DNA of 35,782 nt from an uncultured Erysipelotrichaceae bacterium (GCA_964449005.1 CAYUXU010000001.1:1-35782); one strand, 5' to 3'. Counted from the first letter of the stretch, positions 18,028 to 27,284 are shown. The notes: a model not told the origin generated them from the letters alone. Numbers and translations are program-made.

Positions 18028-18091
18028 TCTAACTACCCCTTTGATTGAATCAAGTGTATAATAATGTTAACATATATTACGAGGTGGATGT

Positions 18092-19570
18092 ATGAAAAAA
18101 TGGAATTCTTTCTATGAATACGTTAAAGTCCCATTACAATTAATTCTCGTTATCTTATTAATTCAAAATATTACTGGATTGATATTAAGCCGGTCTTTTT
18201 TCTTATATTGGGATATTTCTAATACCATATATCAAGATGTTGCTCAAATTATATTAAATTTTACGACTAGAATTTTAGAAGCTACTCCGCTTTTGATTGG
18301 GATGCACTTACTTTATAAACGCTTTAATGCCTCCTTGCCAGCGTTAGCTTTATTAGCCTTAGTCGTTTTAAATTATAGTTTTAGCGAAATCTTAATTTAT
18401 CCTAATAGCACTTTTGCTGGTTTATTAGTGCCGTCACATTTATTTGCAGCCGGTACTACCGAAGTATTACTACTTGGTCTTTTAGTGGCGTATTTTTATC
18501 GGATTAGCCAATCACGATCAAAATATAGCTTTATGTCTTTTATTAGTCGTGACTTTTGGTTTATTTTAAATATTTTCATTTTTGGAAGTGTCGTTATTGG
18601 AGCTTGGATGTTTATCTTACCATATCTCCTTAACTTTAGTGAGTTTATCGTCAAACTTATTGCCTATGATATTTCTAATCCGATTAGTTTATTTTTCTAT
18701 GGAACTTTAGAACGAGTTTTTACTTTATTAAATGTAAGTCGTTTAATTCAAATTCCATTTTTATTTAGTTCGGCAGGTGGAGCCTGGATTGATACAGTTG
18801 GAAATAATTTTGTTGGGGATGTTGCAATTTGGACTGCTCAAACCTCACATAATATTTTCAATACTGGTATTGGTCGTTTTATTACACCGAATTACATTAT
18901 TACATTATTTATTGTTCCAGCAATAATCTTCTCGATTTATCAAAAATCAAAAGATAAAATTGATCGTAAAAAATCTTTAATTGTTTTAATTATTTTGTCA
19001 GTTTTCTCTCTCTTTGGAAATTCACTTTTACCAATTGAATTATTACTGTTATTTATGGCGCCGACACTTTTAATTTTCCATTATGTTTATGTTGGAGTTC
19101 TTTATGCATTATTGCCAATGCTTAATGTTTTTATTGGTTATATTTCTACCAACAAAACTGTCTTTAGCGTAGGTAATCTCTTAGATTTATTTGTCTATAG
19201 CAAACATCCAGAAATTAGTGCAATGTTACCAGCTTTAATTTCAGTTGGAGTTGTTAGTTTTGTAATTTATTATTTAGTATTTGAGATTTACTATAATAAA
19301 TTTGCACTAGATTTATTCCAAACCGGTCGTCAAGAAACAATTATCGCGGAATTTGTGGAAATCATTGGTGGTCTTAATAATATTAAGTTATTAACTAATA
19401 CTGCCTTTGCGATTAATGTCCGATTTAATGATGATCATCTAGTTGATTTCCATCGTTTAAATGAAGTTGGAGTAATTAAGATTCGTGAAACACGCTTTGG
19501 CTATTGCTTTGTGATGGGAGCCGGAAGCTATATTATTAGCAAATCCATTTCCAAACAATTAAAAAAATAG
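18092..19570 (+). CDS. Polytopic membrane protein homologous to glucose-family PTS EIIC plus an EIIB-like C-terminal domain, with catalytic motifs degenerate
   Basis: 492 aa. FFYGTLERVF..., GNSLLPIELLLLFMAPTLLIFHYVYVGV and the C-terminal IIGGLNNIKLLTNTAFAINVRF are collinear with the PtsG motifs [35 protein letters not shown] and FGGKENITNLDACITRLR. SD GAGGTGGA lies upstream. Confidence 0.6.
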   Translation: MKKWNSFYEYVKVPLQLILVILLIQNITGLILSRSFFLYWDISNTIYQDVAQIILNFTTRILEATPLLIGMHLLYKRFNASLPALALLALVVLNYSFSEILIYPNSTFAGLLVPSHLFAAGTTEVLLLGLLVAYFYRISQSRSKYSFMSFISRDFWFILNIFIFGSVVIGAWMFILPYLLNFSEFIVKLIAYDISNPISLFFYGTLERVFTLLNVSRLIQIPFLFSSAGGAWIDTVGNNFVGDVAIWTAQTSHNIFNTGIGRFITPNYIITLFIVPAIIFSIYQKSKDKIDRKKSLIVLIILSVFSLFGNSLLPIELLLLFMAPTLLIFHYVYVGVLYALLPMLNVFIGYISTNKTVFSVGNLLDLFVYSKHPEISAMLPALISVGVVSFVIYYLVFEIYYNKFALDLFQTGRQETIIAEFVEIIGGLNNIKLLTNTAFAINVRFNDDHLVDFHRLNEVGVIKIRETRFGYCFVMGAGSYIISKSISKQLKK

Positions 19571-19581
19571 GATTCAATTAG

Positions 19582-19614
19582 AACCACCTCAATAATAGAC
19601 TGAGGTGGTTTTTT
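19582..19614 (+). terminator. Rho-independent terminator after the EIICB-like gene
   Basis: Perfect 10-bp stem AACCACCTCA (19582-19591) / TGAGGTGGTT (19601-19610), 9-nt loop, then TTTTGTTG. Confidence 0.75.
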
Positions 19615-20485
19615 GTTGGATTTTAAAGAAGTTACCAAGTTTTATGGAAAGATCCGGGGAGTCGAAGATCTCTCATTTCAAGTTGCTCCTGGCGAGATCT
19701 TAGGAATTATCGGTGAAAATGGTAGTGGTAAAACTACTACTTTTCGTCTCCTTTTAAGTCTTTTAGAATTAGACCAAGGTGAAATTACTCTAAACTTTAA
19801 ACCAATCAGAGAAACTTCTAGTAATTTATTTGGCTACTTACCAGAAGAAAGAAGTCTCTTTCAAGATCTAAGTGTTAAAAATCAGTTATTATTTTTTGCA
19901 CAATTAAAAAACATGACGAAACAAGAAGCAGACTCCGCTATTGATTATTGGTTAGAAAAGCTTAAAATATCGCATTATGAAAACTCAAAAGTGAAAGCTT
20001 TGTCCAAAGGAAACCAACAAAAAATCCAATTAATTGTTGCTTTGTTACATGACCCGTTAATTATTATTTTAGATGAACCCTTTACCGGTTTAGATGGTGA
20101 AAACGTTCAAATCTTTAAAGATATTTTATTAGAACTCCAAAAAAAGAATAAATATCTTTTAATTTCAAGTCATCAATATGATATTTTTGAAGAATTTGCC
20201 TCAAAAATTTTAGTTATTAAAAATGGTATAAAAAAGCATTTTGATTATCTATCAGCCTTAAAACTAAAACAAACGAAACGAGCTGTAACCATTTTGGATA
20301 CGAGTGAAAACTATTATAACTATCAAGGAGTTTATGAAGTTATTACTTTAGGGAAACGGGTGCGAATCATTTTTGAAAATGAAGACTTTGCATTAAAGTT
20401 TATTCGACAAAATTTAAGTAATTATCCTCTAGAGTTTCTTAAAATTGAATTATTACCTTTAGTCGATTTAATGAGTGATTTATGA
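19613..20485 (+). CDS. ABC transporter ATP-binding protein (ABC-2/NatA-like)
   Basis: Walker A GENGSGKTT, signature LSKGNQQK, Walker B IIILDEP. TTG start at 19613 or, with better spacing to GAGGTGG, TTG at 19616. ATGA overlap with the permease gene. Confidence 0.88.
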   Translation: MLDFKEVTKFYGKIRGVEDLSFQVAPGEILGIIGENGSGKTTTFRLLLSLLELDQGEITLNFKPIRETSSNLFGYLPEERSLFQDLSVKNQLLFFAQLKNMTKQEADSAIDYWLEKLKISHYENSKVKALSKGNQQKIQLIVALLHDPLIIILDEPFTGLDGENVQIFKDILLELQKKNKYLLISSHQYDIFEEFASKILVIKNGIKKHFDYLSALKLKQTKRAVTILDTSENYYNYQGVYEVITLGKRVRIIFENEDFALKFIRQNLSNYPLEFLKIELLPLVDLMSDL

Positions 20486-21693
20486 GTAATTTAATTGAGT
20501 TTTCATTAAAAAGACGTTTCTTAACTCCCACTTTTGCCATCATATTAGCGGTTTTTTCTTTGATTGCTGGGATCTGTTTTTTTGCGGACCAAGTCATTAA
20601 TTCTTTTTTCCCAACCTTATTTAATAAACCCATCTTATATTTAGATAATGATTTTTTCTCTTCTGATTTAGAAAGCGACTTCTTTAGATTAGAATATGCC
20701 ACAAGTGAAAGTGAACAAGATTTATTTTTAACTAAAATAGATAATATTTATACTTTAAATTATCGAGATGATTTAACTCCTAAAATATATCAAAATATTT
20801 TAATTATGATCCAAGAATTTGAGTATCAAAGGTTAATTAGCAGTGTCTCTCCTTCAAACTTGATTCTAATTGAAAAAGCTTTCTCTCCAGAAATTAATCT
20901 CATCTCAACTACTAATAATGAATTTCAGCCTTTAAAACAGGATTTAGCGCTCTTTGTTTTATCTTCAGCTTATTTCTTTGTCTTAGGGTTTTGTACTCTG
21001 ATTGCAAATGAAGTTGTGAATGAGAAATCAAATCGAGTTATGGAATTAATTTTAACTTCTGTAACTGCTACCACGCATTTTATCTCAAAAATTATTATTG
21101 GTTGGTTATCGATAATGCTTCATTTGATTATTAATAGCTTAATAATTTTTATCTTCTTTTTAATAAGAAATATCTTTGATCAAGGAGTAGGGCTTTTAGC
21201 GTTATTTCATAAATTTAAGCTTTTAAATTATGACATTCTGACTTTTAAAGATTTAATCCTTTCCTTAAAAATTAATCCAGCCATGCTTCTCACTTTCTTT
21301 TTAATCGTTTGCTTTTTAATGTTAGGTGTTTTATTGACTCAAATTATTCTCGTAGTTCTTTCTAGCTTTGTATCGACGATTGAAGAAGCTGGAGCCATTG
21401 CTGGACCAACTTACATTATTCTTTTATTAGTTTATTATTTGGCTTTAATCTTAAATACTCCAACCCATTTAAATCAAGGACTCGGCTATATATTATCGTT
21501 CGTTCCATTTTTTTCGATGTTGTTTATGCCATGTCGCTTAATACTAGGTTCACTTAATCCCCTTGAAATTTTAATAAGTTTATTCATAGCACTAATGACG
21601 CTGATTATTACGGTCATTATTGGACAGCGTTTTTATAAAAAAGGAGTTTTAAGTTATCAAAGAAAAAGACCTTTATTTTTTAAGGGTCTTTAA
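20482..21693 (+). CDS. ABC-2-type transporter permease (NatB/YhaP-like)
   Basis: 403 aa: one N-terminal TM, a large extracytoplasmic loop, then about 5-6 C-terminal TMs. It is translationally coupled to the preceding ATPase. Confidence 0.7.
   Translation: MSNLIEFSLKRRFLTPTFAIILAVFSLIAGICFFADQVINSFFPTLFNKPILYLDNDFFSSDLESDFFRLEYATSESEQDLFLTKIDNIYTLNYRDDLTPKIYQNILIMIQEFEYQRLISSVSPSNLILIEKAFSPEINLISTTNNEFQPLKQDLALFVLSSAYFFVLGFCTLIANEVVNEKSNRVMELILTSVTATTHFISKIIIGWLSIMLHLIINSLIIFIFFLIRNIFDQGVGLLALFHKFKLLNYDILTFKDLILSLKINPAMLLTFFLIVCFLMLGVLLTQIILVVLSSFVSTIEEAGAIAGPTYIILLLVYYLALILNTPTHLNQGLGYILSFVPFFSMLFMPCRLILGSLNPLEILISLFIALMTLIITVIIGQRFYKKGVLSYQRKRPLFFKGL
21665..21691. terminator. Putative bidirectional hairpin inside the overlapping 3' ends of the ABC-2 permease and rarA genes
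   Basis: AAAGACC(TT) 21665-21671 pairs with (AA)GGTCTTT 21685-21691. A-run and T-run flanks lie on both strands. The GC core is weak. Confidence 0.4.
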
Positions 21694-22929
21694 ATCACTA
21701 CTACGTTTAGTTTGTTTTAATTTATTGTAATTACTCGCTAAGATATTCTCGAATTGGCTACTAGTAAAAGGTTGATAAAATTCGATATCTTTGATTCGAT
21801 TTGGTAAATATTGAATTTTACTATGAAGATCATAACGATCATAAGGATATTTATCAGCTTCACTTAAACCGACCGGTGCTAACCGTAAATATTCCGGCAT
21901 TAAAAGCGGATTATTTTTTACATTATCTATAGCTAAATCAATCGCTAAATTAGCACTTTTTGATTTGGGCGACAAAGCTAGTTCGATAACCGCATTAGCT
22001 AAGGCCAGTCTCGCTTCTGGAAAACCAATTTTTTTAGCTGCTTCTAACGCTAACACAGCTCGAGAAACCGCAGCCGGATTCGCCAAGCCAATATCTTCAT
22101 AGGCAGTAGCTAATAATCTTCTTTCAATACTTTCTAAATCTTCGGCAATTATTAATTGTGCTAAATAATATAAAGCGGCATTGACATCGCTACCCCGAAT
22201 CGATTTTTGAAAAGCACTTAATAAATCATAATATTCATTATCATCCTTAAATAAAGCTTGATTACTCTCACTTACCATGTTTAAGACTATTTCTTTCGTA
22301 ATTTCAGAGCTTGGGGTAGCTAGTAAAGCTAACTCCAATAAATTAATCGCATAACGTAAATCACCATTACTTAATTTAGCCATAATAGTGGCAGTCTCAA
22401 TATCTAAAGTTATTTTTCTGCCAATTTCGTTTTCGTTTTTACTAATAACTTCTAAAGCCTGAATAATTTCGATCTCATTTAAAGCCTTTACTTCAAATAA
22501 ATGACATCTTGACCTAATTGCGGGATTGATAGCGTAATAGGGATTGGCTGTAGTTGTCCCAATCACAGTAATCGTTCCAGCTTCTAAATGAGGCAATAAT
22601 AAGTCTTGTTTATCTTTATTAAGACGATGAATTTCTTCAATAATTACGATTAAAGAGCTCGTTAATTTTGCCTCTTCAAAAATAATTGTTAAGTCTTTTT
22701 TATTATTAATGACTGCATTAAATAAACGATAGGGGAGTTTTAATTCACTCGCTAAAACCATAGCTAAGGTAGTTTTACCAACTCCAGATGGTCCATAAAA
22801 AATCATTGAAAGCAATTTCCCTTGTTTTATCATTTGAGTTAAAATTTTATTTTCCCCAATTAAATGCTCTTGACCAAAGATTTCTGATAATTTTTCTGGT
22901 CGGAGTCGATGGGCTAAAGGTTTGTTCAT
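21673..22929 (-). CDS. rarA: Replication-associated recombination protein A (AAA+ ATPase RarA/MgsA)
   Basis: 418 aa with LAHRLRPEKLSEIFGQEHL, Walker A GPSGVGKTT, IEEIHRLNK, SRCHLFEV and C-terminal MgsA_C-type helices. Confidence 0.9.
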   Translation of the reverse strand: MNKPLAHRLRPEKLSEIFGQEHLIGENKILTQMIKQGKLLSMIFYGPSGVGKTTLAMVLASELKLPYRLFNAVINNKKDLTIIFEEAKLTSSLIVIIEEIHRLNKDKQDLLLPHLEAGTITVIGTTTANPYYAINPAIRSRCHLFEVKALNEIEIIQALEVISKNENEIGRKITLDIETATIMAKLSNGDLRYAINLLELALLATPSSEITKEIVLNMVSESNQALFKDDNEYYDLLSAFQKSIRGSDVNAALYYLAQLIIAEDLESIERRLLATAYEDIGLANPAAVSRAVLALEAAKKIGFPEARLALANAVIELALSPKSKSANLAIDLAIDNVKNNPLLMPEYLRLAPVGLSEADKYPYDRYDLHSKIQYLPNRIKDIEFYQPFTSSQFENILASNYNKLKQTKRSSDLKTLKK

Positions 22930-23024
22930 AACTAATACCTACTTTCCTCAATTATAACTTATTTCATTTTATTTTAAAAAATAAACAAATATAAGCTATA
23001 ATAAAGACGCATGAAGGAGATAAA

Positions 23025-23876
23025 ATGGCAACTATTATTTATGGAGATCAACTAGCTAATAAATTGAATCTACAAATTAAAAGCGTTGTGGCTCTTTTAA
23101 AAGCTCAAGGTAAAAGAGTACCGAGGCTAATTGTTATTTTAGTAGGTAACAATCCCGCCAGTCTTTCTTATATTAAAGGTAAAACAAAAGCTTGTGAAAA
23201 TGTCGGGATTGATTCAGAAGTTATGAAATTTCCTAGCGATGTTTCTGAAAAGAATTTGCTTGATGCCATTAAGAAACTGAATCAAGATGATTTAGTAGAT
23301 GGAATTTTAGTTCAACTACCATTACCGAATCACTTAGATAAAGCAACTGTCATTAATGCCATTAATCCAAATAAAGATGTTGATGGTTTTCATCCTTTAA
23401 ATATTGGAAAAATGTATAGTAATCAAAATACTTTTATTCCATGCACCCCTTTAGGTATTATTGAAATTATTAAATCAGTGAATTATTCCTTAGCAGGAAA
23501 AAAAGCGGTTGTAGTGGGGCGGAGTCAACTAGTAGGATTACCAATTAGTTACTTGCTTACTAAAGCCAATGCTACCGTTACCCTTTGTCACTCAAAAACA
23601 GTCGACTTAGTGAAACAAGTTCAAGCTGCCGATGTCGTAATAGCAGCTGCTGGTGCCCCAGAATTAGTCAAAGGAGCATGGATTAAACCAGGAGCATTTG
23701 TAATTGATGTTGGGATTAATCGAATTAGTAATGGGCGACTGATTGGTGATGTTGAATTTGATGTAGCTAAGCAATTTGCGAAATATATTACTCCAGTTCC
23801 AAAAGGAGTTGGACCGTTGACCATCCATGCTTTATTAAGTAATACTGTCAAAGCTTATAATTTGAAGGAGAATTAG
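23025..23876 (+). CDS. folD: Bifunctional methylenetetrahydrofolate dehydrogenase/methenyl-THF cyclohydrolase
   Basis: 283 aa with PASLSYIKGKTKAC, GILVQLPLP, VVGRSQLVGLP and PVPKGVGPLT. Confidence 0.95.
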   Translation: MATIIYGDQLANKLNLQIKSVVALLKAQGKRVPRLIVILVGNNPASLSYIKGKTKACENVGIDSEVMKFPSDVSEKNLLDAIKKLNQDDLVDGILVQLPLPNHLDKATVINAINPNKDVDGFHPLNIGKMYSNQNTFIPCTPLGIIEIIKSVNYSLAGKKAVVVGRSQLVGLPISYLLTKANATVTLCHSKTVDLVKQVQAADVVIAAAGAPELVKGAWIKPGAFVIDVGINRISNGRLIGDVEFDVAKQFAKYITPVPKGVGPLTIHALLSNTVKAYNLKEN

Positions 23877-23877
23877 A

Positions 23878-24072
23878 ATGAATTATAAAGTTGGTGACAT
23901 TGTCGAAATGAAAAAACAGCACCCTTGTAAAAAATCCTGGCAATGGAAAGTTGTCCGGGTTGGTGTTGATATAAAAATTCAATGTCTTGGTTGTAATAAT
24001 ATTATTATGTTAGAGCGACCTGATTTTGAAAAGAAGTTAAAACGGATCGTTACCGAAAGTCCGTCACAATAA
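23878..24072 (+). CDS. DUF951-family small protein
   Basis: 64 aa: VGDIVEMKKQHPCKKSWQWKVVRVGVDIKIQCLGCNNIIMLER. It has the typical four-Cys/His pattern and the conserved position directly upstream of ychF in Bacillota. Confidence 0.75.
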   Translation: MNYKVGDIVEMKKQHPCKKSWQWKVVRVGVDIKIQCLGCNNIIMLERPDFEKKLKRIVTESPSQ

Positions 24073-24092
24073 TTTAGAAAGAATTTGATAAA

Positions 24093-25193
24093 ATGTCCTT
24101 AACTGCTGGTATTGTTGGTTTACCGAATGTTGGTAAATCAACTTTATTTAATGCCATTACCCAAGCTCATGTTGAAGCTGCAAATTATCCTTTTGCGACA
24201 ATCACCCCTAATGTTGGGATTGTTACTGTCCCAGACTATCGAGTAGCACCTTTAGTGGAAATATTTCAACCAAAAAAAGTAGTTTATCCAACTTTTGAAT
24301 TTACTGATATTGCCGGACTTGTCAAAGGAGCTAGCCAAGGAGAAGGGCTCGGTAATCAATTTTTAGCACAAATTCGTGAAGTTGATGTTATTTGCCATAT
24401 TGTACGTTGTTTCGACCATGAGTCAATAGTTCATATTGAAAATAGTGTTAATCCAACTCGCGATATAGAAATTATTAACTTAGAATTAATATTCGCTGAT
24501 TTATCTACAATTGAGAAAAGACTTCAAAAAGTAGAGCGAAAGGTGAAAGCTGCCGAAAAAGAAGCAATTTTTGAGTTTAATCTCTTAAAAAAGGCTCAAG
24601 AACAACTTTTAAGCAATAAACAATTGCGCTTTTTAAGTTTAAGCGATAAAGAAAAAGAAATTCTTAATTCTTTTCATTTATTAACAGTTAAGCCCGTTTT
24701 ATATATTGCTAATTTAGCTGATGATGAAATTACTACTTACCAAGATAATAAGTATTATCAAGAAGTCTCGAAAATAGCGCAACAAGAAAAAAGTGGCGTC
24801 ATTGCAATTTCAGCACAAATTGAAGCTGAAATCACTGATTTACCAGTTGAAGAAAGATCCGAATTTTTAGCTGATTTAAACATTCAGCAAAGTGGTTTAG
24901 ACCAAATTATTTTAGCTTGTTATCAGCTTCTAAACCTAGGAACATTTTTTACAGTTGGAGAAACTGAAGTGCATGCTTGGACCTTTCAAATCGGTATGAA
25001 AGCACCCGAATGTGCTGGTTTAATCCACAGTGATTTTCAAAGAGGCTTTATTAGAGTCGAAACTTATAGTTATAAAGACATTATTAAGTTAAAAAGTGAG
25101 CTAGCCATTAAAGACGCTGGGAAACTTCGAATTGAAGGAAAAGAGTATTTAGTCAAAGACGGCGATATCTTACATTTCCGCTTTAACGTTTAA
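24093..25193 (+). CDS. ychF: Redox-regulated ATPase YchF
   Basis: 366 aa with G1 GIVGLPNVGKSTLFNA, DIAGLVKGAS and a C-terminal TGS-like domain (LRIEGKEYLVKDGDILHFRFNV). Confidence 0.95.
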   Translation: MSLTAGIVGLPNVGKSTLFNAITQAHVEAANYPFATITPNVGIVTVPDYRVAPLVEIFQPKKVVYPTFEFTDIAGLVKGASQGEGLGNQFLAQIREVDVICHIVRCFDHESIVHIENSVNPTRDIEIINLELIFADLSTIEKRLQKVERKVKAAEKEAIFEFNLLKKAQEQLLSNKQLRFLSLSDKEKEILNSFHLLTVKPVLYIANLADDEITTYQDNKYYQEVSKIAQQEKSGVIAISAQIEAEITDLPVEERSEFLADLNIQQSGLDQIILACYQLLNLGTFFTVGETEVHAWTFQIGMKAPECAGLIHSDFQRGFIRVETYSYKDIIKLKSELAIKDAGKLRIEGKEYLVKDGDILHFRFNV

Positions 25194-25240
25194 TAAAAAA
25201 TAAAATTATGATAAAATAAAGGAAAGAAAGAGGTGTTAAT

Positions 25241-25564
25241 ATGAAATTAATTTTGGCAATTGTTTCAAATGATGACAGTTCAAGTGTCGTGGCTGCCTTA
25301 ACAAAAGAAAACTATTCAGTGACCAGACTTGCGACCACTGGTGGTTTCTTAAAAGCTGGTAACACCACCATTATTGTTGGAACCGAAGATGACAAAGTTG
25401 AACACGCCATTGAAATAATTGGTGGTGAAAGCCGAAGAAGAACCGAAATTGTTCCTTCAACTGCTTCCTATGATATTGGAAGATTTGCCTCATTTCCTGT
25501 AGAAGTTCCGGTCGGTGGAGCAACAATTTTCGTAATTGATGTTGAACAATTTATCAAACTTTAA
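25241..25564 (+). CDS. darA: PII-like cyclic-di-AMP receptor (DarA/PstA/YaaQ family)
   Basis: 107 aa. MKLILAIVSNDDSSSVVAALTKENYSVTRLATTGGFLKAGNTTIIVG...VGGATIFV is closely collinear with B. subtilis YaaQ/DarA. Confidence 0.8.
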   Translation: MKLILAIVSNDDSSSVVAALTKENYSVTRLATTGGFLKAGNTTIIVGTEDDKVEHAIEIIGGESRRRTEIVPSTASYDIGRFASFPVEVPVGGATIFVIDVEQFIKL

Positions 25565-25582
25565 ACAATAAAATCATAATAA

Positions 25583-25619
25583 AAAAGGTCTCTTGTCTCA
25601 CTTTGATAAGAGGCCTTTT
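25583..25619. terminator. Bidirectional rho-independent terminator between darA and the convergent ABC operon
   Basis: AAAAGGTCTCTT (25583-25594) pairs with AAGAGGCCTTTT (25608-25619) over 12 bp with one G-U. It has a 13-nt loop and A/T runs on both sides. It overlaps the ABC ATPase stop codon. Confidence 0.75.
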
Positions 25620-26400
25620 AATTAATAATCTCAAAGCTATTTTGATTATATTTGTGAAATAAACTAATTATGTCTTCTCTTTTTAAAGCAGCTTTCGCCT
25701 GATTTTTAACATCTAAGATTATTTCACCTTGATTAAACATCAATAAACGATTCCCATTTTCTAAAGCTTCTTGAATATTATGCGTTATCATAATCGTCGT
25801 GGTATGATGCTTCGCTAAAAGATGATTGGTAATCTCAATGATTTTTTTACTACTTTTGGGATCTAAAGCCGCCGTATGTTCATCTAATAAAAGCAGTTTT
25901 GGACTTTTTAATAAAGCCATTAAAAGTGAAATTGCTTGTCTTTGACCACCTGACAAAAGACTGACTTTATTATCTAGTTTATCTTCAAGGTTCATATCAA
26001 GTTGTTTTAAAAGATTTTTAAAATATACTCTTTCATTATTTAATTTACCTTTTTTAAAATTAAGAAGTTGGCCTTGATTTTTCGCTAATGATAAATTTTC
26101 TAAAATACTTAGTGAAGGGGCAGTTCCCATTAAAGGATCTTGATAAACGCGACCAATCTCTTTGGCACGGCTATGATGAGTCTTCTGATTTAAATCTTTT
26201 CCTTCAAAAAGTATTTTTCCTGATTCGGGACTAACTTGCCCTCCGAGTAAATTAAATAGAGTTGATTTTCCACTACCGTTAGAACCAATTATCACGACAA
26301 ATTCATCCTTAGCGATGGCAAAATTTAAATCTTGAAACAAAACTAGTTCAAAATCACTATTGCGATTAAATGTTTTAAAAACATGTTTAAATTCCAACAT
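25618..26400 (-). CDS. ABC transporter ATP-binding protein
   Basis: Walker A GSNGSGKST, signature LSGGQRQA, Walker B LLLLDEHTAALD. It is the last gene of the SBP-permease-ATPase operon. Confidence 0.9.
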   Translation of the reverse strand: MLEFKHVFKTFNRNSDFELVLFQDLNFAIAKDEFVVIIGSNGSGKSTLFNLLGGQVSPESGKILFEGKDLNQKTHHSRAKEIGRVYQDPLMGTAPSLSILENLSLAKNQGQLLNFKKGKLNNERVYFKNLLKQLDMNLEDKLDNKVSLLSGGQRQAISLLMALLKSPKLLLLDEHTAALDPKSSKKIIEITNHLLAKHHTTTIMITHNIQEALENGNRLLMFNQGEIILDVKNQAKAALKREDIISLFHKYNQNSFEIIN

Positions 26401-27283
26401 TTTCTTCCACCTTCCTTTTAGAATTTAATTTCGTAGTTTGATTTAAAAGTAAAGTCGCAATAAATATAATTACTGTGACTAATCTTAAATATTGAGGTTG
26501 TAAACCGTAACGAATCGCTAAAGCCACAATAAAACGATAAATAATTGCTCCAACTATGACCATACTAGTTAATTTAAATTTGCTTTTTTTAAGTAACGTT
26601 ACACCCAAGATCCCCGAAGAAAGGCCTAAGATTATCATGCCAGTGCCGATTGAGATATCATAGTAGCGACTTAAAGAAACTGCGACACCACCACTTAGGG
26701 CTACTAAACTATTTGAGACTGCTAAACCAATTATTTTAATGGTCTCTGGGTTATGGCCTAATTCTGAAATGAGATTTTCATTATCACCCACTAATTTAAA
26801 CAAATAACCGAGACGTGTACTAAATAGCCAGTCAATAACTAATTTTAATCCAAAAATGATTAAGAATAACACAATGACTTTTTGATAAGGAGTAGTTCCG
26901 ATTTTATCAAAAATAAAGTTATCAAATAAAGTTTTTTCTTGTAAAAGGGGTAAATTAGATCGTCCACCCGCAATTACTAAATTAATTGAATAAAGGGCTG
27001 TCATCACTAAAATCCCACTTAACAGATTACTAATTTTTAGTTTAGTATTTAAAATACCAGTCACTGACCCAGCCAGACCACCTCCAATAAAAGCAAATAA
27101 CAAACTTATCCATGGCGAAAAACCATTTTTAATTAAAACAGCACTAATTACTGCTCCTAGTGGATAGGTTCCATCAACACTTAAATCGGAGATTCCTAAG
27201 ATTTGATAGGAAATCATTACTCCTAAAGTTAAAATGGAGTAAAGACTTCCTTGCTCTAAGATATTAATAATAAAGCTCATCAT
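26387..27283 (-). CDS. ABC transporter permease
   Basis: 298 aa, about 8 TM segments. The start lies 1 nt after the SBP stop, and its end overlaps the ATPase gene by 14 nt. Confidence 0.8.
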   Translation of the reverse strand: MMSFIINILEQGSLYSILTLGVMISYQILGISDLSVDGTYPLGAVISAVLIKNGFSPWISLLFAFIGGGLAGSVTGILNTKLKISNLLSGILVMTALYSINLVIAGGRSNLPLLQEKTLFDNFIFDKIGTTPYQKVIVLFLIIFGLKLVIDWLFSTRLGYLFKLVGDNENLISELGHNPETIKIIGLAVSNSLVALSGGVAVSLSRYYDISIGTGMIILGLSSGILGVTLLKKSKFKLTSMVIVGAIIYRFIVALAIRYGLQPQYLRLVTVIIFIATLLLNQTTKLNSKRKVEENVGI

Positions 27284-27284
27284 G

